In this document: piece by piece, positions 31,078 to 40,311 of the stretch
Position numbering within the stretch: the first letter of the stretch is position 1
Layout of the letters: every line of letters starts with the position of its first letter
Source of the DNA: an uncultured Gemmatimonadaceae bacterium
GTDB lineage: Bacteria > Gemmatimonadota > Gemmatimonadetes > Gemmatimonadales > Gemmatimonadaceae
Direction of reading: 5' to 3'
Assembly: GCA_963781585.1 (NCBI GenBank)
Contig: CAWAGQ010000011.1
Span: 32,001-96,000, forward strand
DNA: 64,000 bases
The notes under the pieces: generated by a model
The model's database searches: none
Told to the model about the DNA's origin: nothing
What the model saw: only the letters and a program-made list of their open reading frames with translations
Program-made: the position numbers and the translations under genes

Positions 31078-31091
31078 ATCGTTTCAACGAT
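31078..31091. promoter_or_regulatory. Palindrome ATCGTT-TC-AACGAT, possible operator
   Basis: Perfect 6-2-6 inverted repeat about 45 bp upstream of the DUF5131 start. Confidence 0.35.
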
Positions 31092-31135
31092 TCTCGCTCT
31101 CCGGCGTACGCACGTCCGATCCCACAGTAACTCCC

Positions 31136-31915
31136 ATGGGCCAGCAGTCACGCATCGAGTGGACCAACGCAACGTGGAATCCCGTCACTGGGTGCACGCA
31201 GGTAAGCGCCGGATGCGACCACTGCTACGCCTTGTCGCTCGCACATCGGCGGCTCCGCAGCCTCTACCTTCGACGTAGACCGGTCCACGCTTCGCCCGAA
31301 GCAATTGAGGACCCGTTCGCGGTGCGCCTGTGGCCGGAACGAACTGATGAACCCACGCACTGGCGAACACCGCGAATGGTCTTCGTCAACTCCATGAGCG
31401 ACTTCTTCCACGTCGACATCCCTGAGGGATTTACCCGACGCCTCTTCGAGGTGATGCTGCTCGCCGACCAGCACATCTATCAGATCCTGACCAAGCGACC
31501 CGCGCGCGCCGCACGGTTCTTCCGTCGTAACTCTGACCTGTTCGGTCGCGGTGTGGTGCCGGACCACATCTGGATCGGCACGTCTGTCGAGCTGCAGAGT
31601 GTCTCCCACCGTGTCGAGCAGCTGCGTCTGGTTCCGTGCGAGATTCGCTTCCTCTCCTGTGAGCCGCTTCTCGGTCCGCTCAGTCTCGATCTGAGCGACA
31701 TTCACTGGGTGATCGCGGGGGGCGAAAGCGGCCGAGATTATCGGCGTCTGGAGCTCGACTGGGCGAGATCGATTCGGGATCAGTGCCTCCGTGGGAAGGT
31801 TCCGTTCTTCTTCAAGCAGGTAGGGGGATACACCCCTAAGGCGGGAGGCCGACACTTTGACGGTGTCCAGTGGAACCAGTTTCCGGCCATCGCCCGCCGC
31901 ATGTGGCTCGCGTGA
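31136..31915 (+). CDS. DUF5131 / phage Gp37-Gp68 family protein (three-Cys, radical-SAM-like)
   Basis: IEWT.ATWNPVTGCTQVSAGCDHCYA, FVNSMSD.FH, QILTKRP, SCEPLLG, WVIAGGESG, FFFKQ.GG. Confidence 0.93.
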   Translation: MGQQSRIEWTNATWNPVTGCTQVSAGCDHCYALSLAHRRLRSLYLRRRPVHASPEAIEDPFAVRLWPERTDEPTHWRTPRMVFVNSMSDFFHVDIPEGFTRRLFEVMLLADQHIYQILTKRPARAARFFRRNSDLFGRGVVPDHIWIGTSVELQSVSHRVEQLRLVPCEIRFLSCEPLLGPLSLDLSDIHWVIAGGESGRDYRRLELDWARSIRDQCLRGKVPFFFKQVGGYTPKAGGRHFDGVQWNQFPAIARRMWLA

Positions 31916-32778
31916 CGAAACCGCGAAGAGAATATCTCATCGAGGCTCCGGACGATGGGTTGCCGGTGCCCGAGGTGGGCCGCTGGGCCGAAGAGAAATA
32001 CCGAAGACTTGGCATGTATGCCGAAATCTTCTCGACCGGCATGAAGAACGTGTGGCCCACGCGAGTCTACATCGATCTGTTCGCCGGCCGCGGACATGCG
32101 CTGATCACGGAAACGCATCGGCGTGTGTTGACATCCCCTTTGATCGCTTTGAGCCTACCCGACCGCTTCTCCCACTACATATTCTGCGAGAAGAAGCACT
32201 CGTTGCTTGAGGCACTCAAGAGCCGAGCAAGGGTGATGGCGAGCGAGGCGACGGTGGTATGCATCGAGGGGGATGCGAACGAGCGTATTCGCGAGATTGC
32301 AGCGATCATCCCGCAGCATACTGCCGCCAAGCGCGTCCTGGGCTTCTGCTTCATCGACCCGTTCAATCTCGGCATCCACTTCGATACGGTGCGTGCGCTC
32401 GGCAGGGGTCGACCTATGGACTTTCTCATTCTTCTCGCCTTCGGAATGGATGCCGGACGTAACTGGGCGACCTATCTCAAACCGGGAGACAAGAAAGTCG
32501 AGAGGTTTCTCGGAGCGCCTGACTGGAGGGAGCGATGGCGAACGACAGAGCGTGAAGGCATTGGTGAGACACGCTTTCTCGCCACAGAGTATGCGAGAGC
32601 GATGGAGAGCCTCGGCTACCGCACCACGTCAACCGAGCAAATGATCCCGGTGCGATCGACGGACAAGAATCTGCCGCTGTACTACCTGGCCTTCTTCAGC
32701 AGGAACGAGCAGGGGTACAAGTTCTGGCACGAGGTACAGAAGTACTCGGAAGACCAGCTGAACTTGTCTCTCGAATAG
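31912..32778 (+). CDS. tcmP: Three-Cys-motif partner protein (SAM-dependent methyltransferase-like fold)
   Basis: W...K, YIDLFAGRG, GDAN, FIDPF, LYYLAF.S. GTGA overlap with DUF5131. Confidence 0.85.
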   Translation: MTKPRREYLIEAPDDGLPVPEVGRWAEEKYRRLGMYAEIFSTGMKNVWPTRVYIDLFAGRGHALITETHRRVLTSPLIALSLPDRFSHYIFCEKKHSLLEALKSRARVMASEATVVCIEGDANERIREIAAIIPQHTAAKRVLGFCFIDPFNLGIHFDTVRALGRGRPMDFLILLAFGMDAGRNWATYLKPGDKKVERFLGAPDWRERWRTTEREGIGETRFLATEYARAMESLGYRTTSTEQMIPVRSTDKNLPLYYLAFFSRNEQGYKFWHEVQKYSEDQLNLSLE

Positions 32779-32949
32779 TGAGTGGCGGGCCCCTTGAAGC
32801 CGTGCTGCTCGGCGGAACCGAGACAGCTCGAGGAGGCAGCAATCACGGGTCAAACCCGTCTTGCAACCATCACTGTGTGCCGTGGTGACCAAGTGCAAGT
32901 CAGTCCAAGGGCATCGAGATGGGCTACAGGGAACTCGCGAGGAAGTGAC

Positions 32950-34074
32950 ATGAGGCGCCTCCATGTCGTTGCCGCAGCGCTGGCCGTCTCGGCATCGGCG
33001 GTACACGCCCAGCGATCCATCGATCTCACCGGCAAACCGGAGGCCGTGATCGCCGAACCCTTCACCATGGTCACCGGCGTGCGCGAACTGCCAGGCAATC
33101 TGGCGATCGTCACCGATCAGTTCGAACACCGGGTGTTCCTCGCGAACTTCGCCACGCGCTCCGCGGAGCAAATCGGCCGGCAGGGCGACGGGCCCGGTGA
33201 GTACCGCTTCCCCATGGCGCCTCTGCTTGCGCCGGGGAACGCAACGTGGATCCATGATGCAACGCTCCGGCGGATCGACGTCGTTTCGCCCGATGGCAGG
33301 TTCACCTCCGCTTTCAGTGCGCCGACCACCGGTATCCCCGGAGGCATTCGGGCCGCCCGCGGCACCGATCGCTCGGGCCACATCTATTTCGAGGGGAATA
33401 GTTTCGACCCGGAGACAGGGCGTTTCATCGACTCGGTCACCATCGCTCGTTGGAATCCGCAGGACAACCGGACGGACCTGCTCGGAAGGGTGTGGAGTGG
33501 CGGTCGCGTGATCGTCAACGGACCGAGTGGCAAGATGAGCATCGCGCGTGAGGCGACGCCGTTTCCGACTCTGGATGCCTGGGCCGTGCTCCCCGATGGG
33601 CGCATCGCGGTCATCGAGCACGCCCCATTCCGGATTGGATTGCTCGCACCAGGCGGCGTGATCCAGCGCGGCCCGGCGATTTCGTACGTCACCCTTCCCG
33701 TCACCCGGGCCGAGCGCGACGCATATCGCGCACGGCATGCCGCCGTGCGCTTGTCGGCGGCGATGAAGAACGGAGGCGGCGGCGCGGCAATGCGAGCCAC
33801 GCCAGTGAGCGACGCCGAGTTTCCCAATGTGATGCCGCGGTTCATCGCGAGCGCCGTCCTGACGACGCCCGAAGGCGAGATCTGGATCGGCCGGAGTCAC
33901 GCAGCGGCAGACCGCACGTGGCGCTACGACATCTTCGACGCCGGCAGCAAGCTGCTCGGCGCCGCGACACTTGGCGCGAATTCAGTGGTCGTTGGCTTCG
34001 GTGCCGGAACGGTGTACGTCGCACGCACCGACCCGGCCGATGACCTGGTCTACCTGGAGCGCTATCGGCGATAG
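32950..34074 (+). CDS. Exported six-bladed beta-propeller protein
   Basis: Signal peptide ending VHA-Q, IGRQGDGPGEYRFP, terminal D.DDLVYLERY. Confidence 0.75.
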   Translation: MRRLHVVAAALAVSASAVHAQRSIDLTGKPEAVIAEPFTMVTGVRELPGNLAIVTDQFEHRVFLANFATRSAEQIGRQGDGPGEYRFPMAPLLAPGNATWIHDATLRRIDVVSPDGRFTSAFSAPTTGIPGGIRAARGTDRSGHIYFEGNSFDPETGRFIDSVTIARWNPQDNRTDLLGRVWSGGRVIVNGPSGKMSIAREATPFPTLDAWAVLPDGRIAVIEHAPFRIGLLAPGGVIQRGPAISYVTLPVTRAERDAYRARHAAVRLSAAMKNGGGGAAMRATPVSDAEFPNVMPRFIASAVLTTPEGEIWIGRSHAAADRTWRYDIFDAGSKLLGAATLGANSVVVGFGAGTVYVARTDPADDLVYLERYRR

Positions 34075-34244
34075 TGGAGCAGGGAACGACCGTCCCGGTG
34101 CCTCCTCTTCTGCAAGCGCCGGCGACTCCGTCGTGCGAGCTAGACCGCGTACGTTCCAAGGAGCGATGGTAGCCCAAGGGCGCTTCGGCTAACGTCATTC
34201 ATGACAATTCGACCGAACCGAAGCTACGCCTCCCGGAGACGCCA

Positions 34245-34460
34245 ATGCGCATAGGCGTCATTGCAGGCATTGCGCTGCTCGTCGCCGGTGTCTTTGTGTT
34301 TTTTCGTGGCGGAAGCTTCACATCGCACCGTGACATGATGGACTTTGCCGGTATGCGTGTGTCCGTTGAGGAACAGCATCCTGTCCGTCCATGGGTTGCA
34401 GGCCTCGTCGCGCTTGCCGGAATCGCGCTTGTCGCGACGGCAGTGCGGCAAAAGGCGTAG
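34245..34460 (+). CDS. Small two-TM membrane protein
   Basis: Two hydrophobic helices, GGAG SD, followed by a terminator. Confidence 0.7.
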   Translation: MRIGVIAGIALLVAGVFVFFRGGSFTSHRDMMDFAGMRVSVEEQHPVRPWVAGLVALAGIALVATAVRQKA

Positions 34461-34478
34461 CCTTCGGCACGGCCTTTT
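34450..34478. terminator. Intrinsic terminator
   Basis: AAAAGGC-gtagccttcggcacg-GCCTTTT. Confidence 0.65.
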
Positions 34479-34609
34479 AGGCGATCTGCGCCGACTCACC
34501 CGGCATCCAGGTCAGCGCTTTCCAGGAAGTACCTGAAGCGGTGAGCATCTCGCGCAATCCCAATCGCGCCCGAAATCGAACGGCTGTGGCACTCTACCTG
34601 GGAGCACGA

Positions 34610-36082
34610 ATGATCGGGACAATCAGGTACCTCTTCTCCGGCGCCACGGTGGTGGTGGGGATGATGATGACGACCGGCTGTGCCACCAATCCGGTAACCG
34701 GCCGGAGGGAGCTGGCGCTGGTGTCGGAGTCACAGGAGATCGAGATGGGGCGTCAAGGCGCCGCTGATGTGGCGGCGACGATCGGCCTGTATCCGGATAT
34801 CGGCCTCCAGGCGTACGTGAATCGCGTCGGCCAGACGCTGGCGGCGAGGACCGAGCGTCCGAAGCTCCCGTGGGAATACCACGTGGTCGACGACGCCGCG
34901 GTGAATGCGTTTGCGCTGCCGGGAGGATTCATCTTTGTCACGCGCGGGCTGTTGACGCATATCACGAACGAGGCCGAGCTCGCATCGGTGCTGGGCCACG
35001 AAAGCGGACATGTGGCCGCACGGCACAGCGTGCAGCAGATCAGTCGCCAGGAGGTTGCGTCAATTGGCCTCGGGGTCGGGTCCGTGCTCTCTCCGGTCAT
35101 CGCGAAGTATGGTCAGGTGGCGAGCGCGGGGCTCGGACTGCTCTTTCTCAAGAACAGCCGGGACGACGAGACACAGGCCGATCAGCTCGGCTTTCGGTAT
35201 GCGCTCGCGGATGGCTATGACACGCGCCAGATGATCAACCTGTTCGAAATGCTCCAGCGCGACGAACAGCTGAGCGGCGGGGGTCGGCTCCCTGAATGGC
35301 AAGCCACACATCCGGATCCCGGGAACCGGATCAAGGATGTGCAAAGCCTGGTGGCCGCCTCGGCGCAGAACTTCAGCGCGAAGCAGATAGGTGGCGACGC
35401 GTTCCTGCAGCGCCTCGACGGCATGGTGTACGGTGAGGATCCCCGGGCGGGGTACTTCCAGGGCTCGCTCTTCCTGCACCCCGCGCTCGAGTTCCTCCTT
35501 CAGTTTCCTGACGGATGGACGACGCAGAACGCGCCCGACGCCGTGGCCGGCATGAGCAAGGCGCAGGACGCCCTTATCGAGCTGCGCGCCGCGCCAGGAA
35601 GCGCCGCAGACGCATCGACGAATTTCTTCGGTCAGCAGGGCCTGCAGTCTGGCAACACGACGCAAGGCACGATCCACGGCAATCGCTCGGTCAGCGGAGA
35701 GTTCACCGCGCAGAGCGACCAGGGGGCCTCCGTCCACGGCATCGCCACCTTCATCGAATATGGCGGGCGTACCTGGCAGATTCTGGCGTATTCGCCCGCC
35801 GACCGGTTCGCCGCCTACAGCGGAATCTTCCAGCAGTCGATCAACAGCTTTGATCGCCTCACGGATCCTGTCGCGCTGGCGGTGCAGCCGCTGCATGTTC
35901 GCCTCGAGAAGGCGCCGCGCGCGATGTCGCTCCTGCAGTTCAACGCGCAGCTGCCGTCGAGCATTTCACTTGCCGAGCTGGCACTGATCAATGGCATGGA
36001 TGAGAGTACGCCGCTCCGTGCCGGGCAGTTGGTGAAACGCGTGATCGGCACGCCGGTCGGACATATCCGCAGCACGCCCTAG
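34610..36082 (+). CDS. M48 family metalloprotease lipoprotein with C-terminal LysM-like region
   Basis: GC-ATNPVTG lipoprotein start, NAFALPGG, HESGH, THP, C-terminal LALING....LRAGQLVK. Confidence 0.9.
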   Translation: MIGTIRYLFSGATVVVGMMMTTGCATNPVTGRRELALVSESQEIEMGRQGAADVAATIGLYPDIGLQAYVNRVGQTLAARTERPKLPWEYHVVDDAAVNAFALPGGFIFVTRGLLTHITNEAELASVLGHESGHVAARHSVQQISRQEVASIGLGVGSVLSPVIAKYGQVASAGLGLLFLKNSRDDETQADQLGFRYALADGYDTRQMINLFEMLQRDEQLSGGGRLPEWQATHPDPGNRIKDVQSLVAASAQNFSAKQIGGDAFLQRLDGMVYGEDPRAGYFQGSLFLHPALEFLLQFPDGWTTQNAPDAVAGMSKAQDALIELRAAPGSAADASTNFFGQQGLQSGNTTQGTIHGNRSVSGEFTAQSDQGASVHGIATFIEYGGRTWQILAYSPADRFAAYSGIFQQSINSFDRLTDPVALAVQPLHVRLEKAPRAMSLLQFNAQLPSSISLAELALINGMDESTPLRAGQLVKRVIGTPVGHIRSTP

Positions 36083-36094
36083 AGGGGCGTGCTG
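36070..36094. terminator. Hairpin between convergent genes
   Basis: cAGCACGCCC-tagag-GGGCGTGCTg. Confidence 0.6.
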
Positions 36095-36129
36095 GGGGTA
36101 GGTGTAACCCGCGCGGAAGGAGAGACGGG

Positions 36130-36726
36130 CTACGGGACCACGACGGTCGTGCGCATCCACGGGTGAATGCAGCACTGGAAGTAGAGCGTACCGTGCTGCG
36201 TCACGATCTCCGTGTCGGTGCCGCCAGGCGGGAGGTACTCGCTTTGCGGTGCCGCGAGGCACTCGGGTGCAGGAGTTGGTGTGTTGTCGAGCTGGTTCAG
36301 TAGCGGCACAACCCCTCCACCAAAGGCCGCCACCTCCGTGAACGTGTGGACCTCACCGCCGCGGTTGATGGCGACAATCGAGCCGCCGAAGGGCAGTGTG
36401 AAGTTCTGAGGGGCGTTACGCCACGCCGGCGCCTTTTGGTGTTTCAGGAGCTGGTTGACGAAGGCGTCGAACTTGAGCCCGGGATGCGCTGACAAGCACG
36501 TTCCCGGTCCCACGGCAGCGTTGAAACTGAAAGGATCGCATTTATCGAGGAGCTGCACCGAATGTGACACGACAGCTGGCGCGTTTGCTGAGCCGGGCGA
36601 GGCAGGCGAGGCGTTGGCGGCGACGAGCGGATCCGCCGAGTCGGGCGCCGTGACGCGTGCGGAATCGGTGCAGCCCCAGAGGAGGAATGGACCAGCGGCC
36701 AGCAGGGTGGCGAGCGTGTGACGCAT
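36130..36726 (-). CDS. Cupredoxin-like lipoprotein (type-1 copper site)
   Basis: LLWGC lipobox-like sequence, EVHTF and C-terminal YFQCCIHPWM (His..Cys-x2-His-x2-Met). GGGAGG SD. Confidence 0.72.
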   Translation of the reverse strand: MRHTLATLLAAGPFLLWGCTDSARVTAPDSADPLVAANASPASPGSANAPAVVSHSVQLLDKCDPFSFNAAVGPGTCLSAHPGLKFDAFVNQLLKHQKAPAWRNAPQNFTLPFGGSIVAINRGGEVHTFTEVAAFGGGVVPLLNQLDNTPTPAPECLAAPQSEYLPPGGTDTEIVTQHGTLYFQCCIHPWMRTTVVVP

Positions 36727-36922
36727 GGGGCCTCCCGCGCGATGCGCCGTGCGCTTTGAGCGCCAATTCATCGCGCTGGTGTCGAAGGTGAAGGACGAGT
36801 TCGGGACATCGACTGCTGGTTCACCCTCGCTGGGCGCGCGCCTGGGGTCGCGGTCGAACGAGACAGAGAGAAGATAGGGCTGGTGATGAGAGACAGAAGG
36901 GGTGCCCACCCCGGTGGCAGGC

Positions 36923-37753
36923 TCAGGCGCGACCCCGGTCATACAGATGAGTGAAATCACGGCAGGCCGCGGCGACGACCGCCAGTGGATCGGCGCTCTC
37001 GGGGTGACGCATCTCAACCGACACCCAACCATTATAGCCGCTCGCGTGCAGTGCCGCGGCCAGGCCCGCGTGATCGGTACCGCCCCGGCCGAACGGAGCG
37101 AGAAAAGGTTCGCTGGCATGGACGTGCCCGAGCCAGTCCGCGCAGGTCCGTACCGCGGCAGCCGGAGATTCGCCGTTGAGCGCCAATGCGCCGCCGTCGA
37201 TCTGCACCCCGAGGCCGCGGCGACCCACGGCCGACACGAGCTTCACGGCATCACCGGTCGTCAGCACGAAGTCGCAGCCGTACTGCGCAGGATTGGGTTC
37301 CAGGCACAACGTCACGCCGTGCGACTCCGCGAGCGCCGCGGCGCGCGCGAAGAAGTCCCGCGCTTCCTCCTGAGCTTGCGCCTCGGACAGCCTTCCACGC
37401 AGGCGGTTCTTCGGTGATCCGAACACCAGCGCCGAGGCGCCCAGTCGCGCACCCAGGACACACATGCCCTCGAGGTGCGCGAGCGTGGCCGACTGCACCG
37501 GCGCGGGACCGAATACGGTGAGCTCGGGATGTCCGTAGAGGAGCGCCTGCATCGCCACCACCTGCAACCCGTCGTCGCTCCACTGCCGGCGATAGGCATC
37601 GACCTCCGACGATGGGACGGCGAGCGGTTCCTTCCACACCGCGGTCGGAGCGATCTCGACGCCACCGATGCCGGCTGCGCGCAGAATGCGCGCAGCCTCG
37701 CGGTCCGCGGGGGCGCCCCCCCACGCGATGTTGGAGAAAGCCAGCCGCTTCAT
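36923..37753 (-). CDS. Sugar phosphate isomerase/epimerase (AP-endonuclease-2 TIM barrel)
   Basis: LAFSNIAW, VEIAP, VFGSPKNR, CLEPN, HVHASEP, VSVEM. Confidence 0.88.
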   Translation of the reverse strand: MKRLAFSNIAWGGAPADREAARILRAAGIGGVEIAPTAVWKEPLAVPSSEVDAYRRQWSDDGLQVVAMQALLYGHPELTVFGPAPVQSATLAHLEGMCVLGARLGASALVFGSPKNRLRGRLSEAQAQEEARDFFARAAALAESHGVTLCLEPNPAQYGCDFVLTTGDAVKLVSAVGRRGLGVQIDGGALALNGESPAAAVRTCADWLGHVHASEPFLAPFGRGGTDHAGLAAALHASGYNGWVSVEMRHPESADPLAVVAAACRDFTHLYDRGRA

Positions 37754-38517
37754 CGCATTCCGCGCTGCGACACCACGAAATCCCGCAGCGCGGCCAGCAC
37801 GCCCTCGCGGGTGAGCAGGTAGTGGCCGCGTGCGCCGAAGAGCGCCGCGTAGCGGGTGCGAAGATCGTACTCCACCGCCCGGAGTTCCGGCCTGTCGGGG
37901 AGCTCGCGACCGAACGCCTCACGAGCTACCTCTCCCACCGACGTGCCCTCGACGGTCAGATGCACCAGCGGCAGCCCGGCGCCTGACGCGACCTCCAGGT
38001 CGCCCCAGAGCCGGTCCAGCGGGTAGAACTGGAAGACGCTCCGCGGGCAGATCGCGTCGACCATGTTGTCGTGCAGCAGGTCGTACACGACGTTCTTGCG
38101 CAGGCCCTCGCCGAACAGCGCCGGCAACCGCACGATGGTGGCGTCGAATGCGCCGCGCACCCGCTCTTCCAGCTCGAACCGGTGGCGACCGTAGGGCGTC
38201 GCCAACGATGGGTCGACCCAGGTGTCCTCGTCCACCCCGCGTGGATCGCCGAATACGTCGACCGTCGAGATCACGATCACACGCCGCGCGCGCGCTTCGC
38301 GCAGCGCGCCCCACAGCCGTTCGAGCCGCGCGACGTCCTGCTCCGGCTCGCGATTGGCCCGCCACTTCTCGGCCGGCATGCCGGCACAGACGATCAGGTC
38401 GTACTGGCGCCCGCGGATGGCGTCGATGTCGGTGGACCGGAACCGGTCGTCGAACGGCCGCTGCCGGAGCAGGGTGCCGCCCACGACGCCCGACCAGCCG
38501 ATCAGCGCGTCAGGCAT
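37750..38517 (-). CDS. NAD-dependent epimerase/dehydratase-like protein
   Basis: IGWSGVVG, KWRAN, ISTVDV, YGRHR (YxxxR variant), RLPALFG. Confidence 0.85.
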   Translation of the reverse strand: MPDALIGWSGVVGGTLLRQRPFDDRFRSTDIDAIRGRQYDLIVCAGMPAEKWRANREPEQDVARLERLWGALREARARRVIVISTVDVFGDPRGVDEDTWVDPSLATPYGRHRFELEERVRGAFDATIVRLPALFGEGLRKNVVYDLLHDNMVDAICPRSVFQFYPLDRLWGDLEVASGAGLPLVHLTVEGTSVGEVAREAFGRELPDRPELRAVEYDLRTRYAALFGARGHYLLTREGVLAALRDFVVSQRGMR

Positions 38518-39322
38518 CGGACGACGCCGCCGGAGACCGTGGCGGCGGCGGATCGAACCGGTGTCGGCTCGCGGCAACAAGCGTCCGCAGCACCAGCAGG
38601 TTTCCCCTGAGGGGACTGATCTTGGTGGGCGTCTTCCCGGTTGCCGGATACGTCCGCGTCACCGGAATCTCCTCGTGCCGGAATCCGAGCCGCGCGGCGC
38701 GGACGGCGAGGTAGTAGTGCAGCTCGTAGTACTGGAATACCGCGCGGAACGGCGCGACCCGATCGTCGAGCAGGAAGCGACGCGAGTACGCCCGGAAGCC
38801 GTTGGTCGTGTCGGTGAAGCGGGTTCCGGCGGCAAGCGAGAGCAGCGGCGCGTGGAGAATCCTGATCCCGATGAGCCGCGCCAGCGGCGTCCGCACCGCG
38901 TGTCCGCCCGGTACGAATCTCGATCCCTGCACGTGATCCACACCGCGCTCCAGCGCGTCGACGAATCGCGGAATCGCGGATGGATCGTCCTTGTCGTTCC
39001 CATCCATCGTGATGATGCCCTGGTAGCCCTGATCCAGGGCCCAGGAGAAGGCCATGCGCATCTGCGCGCTCAGCCCTCCCCGGTCGCGCTTCACCAGCAG
39101 CGCGCGCACGCCGGCTGCACGAAGAAGTTCCGGATCGGTGGAGCCGTCGGTGCTGCCGCCATCGGCCACCACCAGGTCCACGGCGGCGGCGAAGGGCCGC
39201 ATCTTCGCCAGTTGGGCGTGCAGTCGTCCGTTCTCGTTGAGAACGAAGATGGCGCAGCAGATGGAGGACCGCCCGGGTGCGAGCTCCGTCGCGTCGAAGC
39301 CCGGGATCTCGCGTGCCGCCAT
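38510..39322 (-). CDS. GT2 glycosyltransferase (DPM-synthase-like)
   Basis: DGGSTDGS, MDGNDKD, GSRF..GG, DTTNGFRAYS. Confidence 0.9.
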   Translation of the reverse strand: MAAREIPGFDATELAPGRSSICCAIFVLNENGRLHAQLAKMRPFAAAVDLVVADGGSTDGSTDPELLRAAGVRALLVKRDRGGLSAQMRMAFSWALDQGYQGIITMDGNDKDDPSAIPRFVDALERGVDHVQGSRFVPGGHAVRTPLARLIGIRILHAPLLSLAAGTRFTDTTNGFRAYSRRFLLDDRVAPFRAVFQYYELHYYLAVRAARLGFRHEEIPVTRTYPATGKTPTKISPLRGNLLVLRTLVAASRHRFDPPPPRSPAASSDA

Positions 39323-40311
39323 CAGGGGGCGATGGACTCGGAGACCACGTTGCGCTCCCGGGCCTCCCCGAGCGATGGCGTCCCCCCCAGCTCCTCGCGC
39401 ACGAAGTAGAGCGGGCGTCCGCGCGTCTCGTTCAGCAGGCGACCCAGATAGGCGCACAGAGTGCCGAGGACGAGTGCGATCACGCCGCTGACGGTGGCGA
39501 ACAGGAGTTGAGCGAACGACACCGAACCCGGTGAGGCCACCGCACGCAGGACGAGCACCCCGAGCCACGCGAAGCACACGAGCATGGCGATCCCGGCCAG
39601 CGCGGCGGCGAGAATGAGTGGCGCCAGCGAGTTGGAGATGATGATGCCGAGCGCGAGTCGTATCGCCGCGATCACCCCCATCTGCCGGGGCGGCGTGCGT
39701 CGCGCGATGGGCGTGTAGACAACGACGTCGTCTTCATACCCGACATATGCGCCCAGCGTCCGCAGATACCGGAGCTGGTCGCGGATCTGGAGTACCGCGT
39801 TCACCACTGGCCGGCTCATGGCGCGGAAGTGGGTGGAATGCGGCGGAATGTGCAGCCGCAGGACGTCGTTGCAAAGCCAGTAGAAGAGCCGCGCGCCGGT
39901 TCGCTGGATCCACGTCTGACCCTGACGGGTGGCGCGCACGCCGAACACCAGCCCGGCACCGCTCCGACCGCGCGCCACGAGGTCGGGAATCCGCGCCGGT
40001 GGATCGGTTTCGGGGAGGGCGACCACCACCACGTCGCCGATGGTGGTCTCCAGCCCGGCCGAGATCGCGATCTCGGTTCCGAAGCCGCGCGACAGGCGCA
40101 TGAGCCGTACTCCCTCGGAGCGCGGAAGCCACGCGGCCACCTTGCGCACGGTGTCGTCGGTCGAGCCATCGTCCACCAGGACCAGCTCGAAGCGCGCGTA
40201 GTTGGCGCCGAGCACCGCCAGCGTCTCCGCGATGAAGCCGTCGACGATGTCGGCGTCGTTGCGCAACGGCGCCACCACCGAGACCAGCAGGTCGCGGTCG
40301 GGCGCGGTCAT
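39322..40311 (-). CDS. GT2 GtrB/YkoT-like protein with two C-terminal TM helices
   Basis: VDDGSTD, LSRGFG.E.AI.AGL, C-terminal TM pair then YLGRL..ETRGRPLY.V.E. The canonical DxD is replaced by LPETD. Confidence 0.85.
   Translation of the reverse strand: MTAPDRDLLVSVVAPLRNDADIVDGFIAETLAVLGANYARFELVLVDDGSTDDTVRKVAAWLPRSEGVRLMRLSRGFGTEIAISAGLETTIGDVVVVALPETDPPARIPDLVARGRSGAGLVFGVRATRQGQTWIQRTGARLFYWLCNDVLRLHIPPHSTHFRAMSRPVVNAVLQIRDQLRYLRTLGAYVGYEDDVVVYTPIARRTPPRQMGVIAAIRLALGIIISNSLAPLILAAALAGIAMLVCFAWLGVLVLRAVASPGSVSFAQLLFATVSGVIALVLGTLCAYLGRLLNETRGRPLYFVREELGGTPSLGEARERNVVSESIAP

Noticed and set aside
20883..32778. Prophage suggested by the endolysin-like M15 gene and the Gp37/Gp68 gene
   Set aside because: No structural, terminase, integrase or att features were seen, and the intervening genes are ordinary transport and metabolic genes.
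30789..32949. Direct repeats or IS ends flanking the DUF5131-tcmP pair
   Set aside because: No convincing target-site duplication or terminal inverted repeat was seen.
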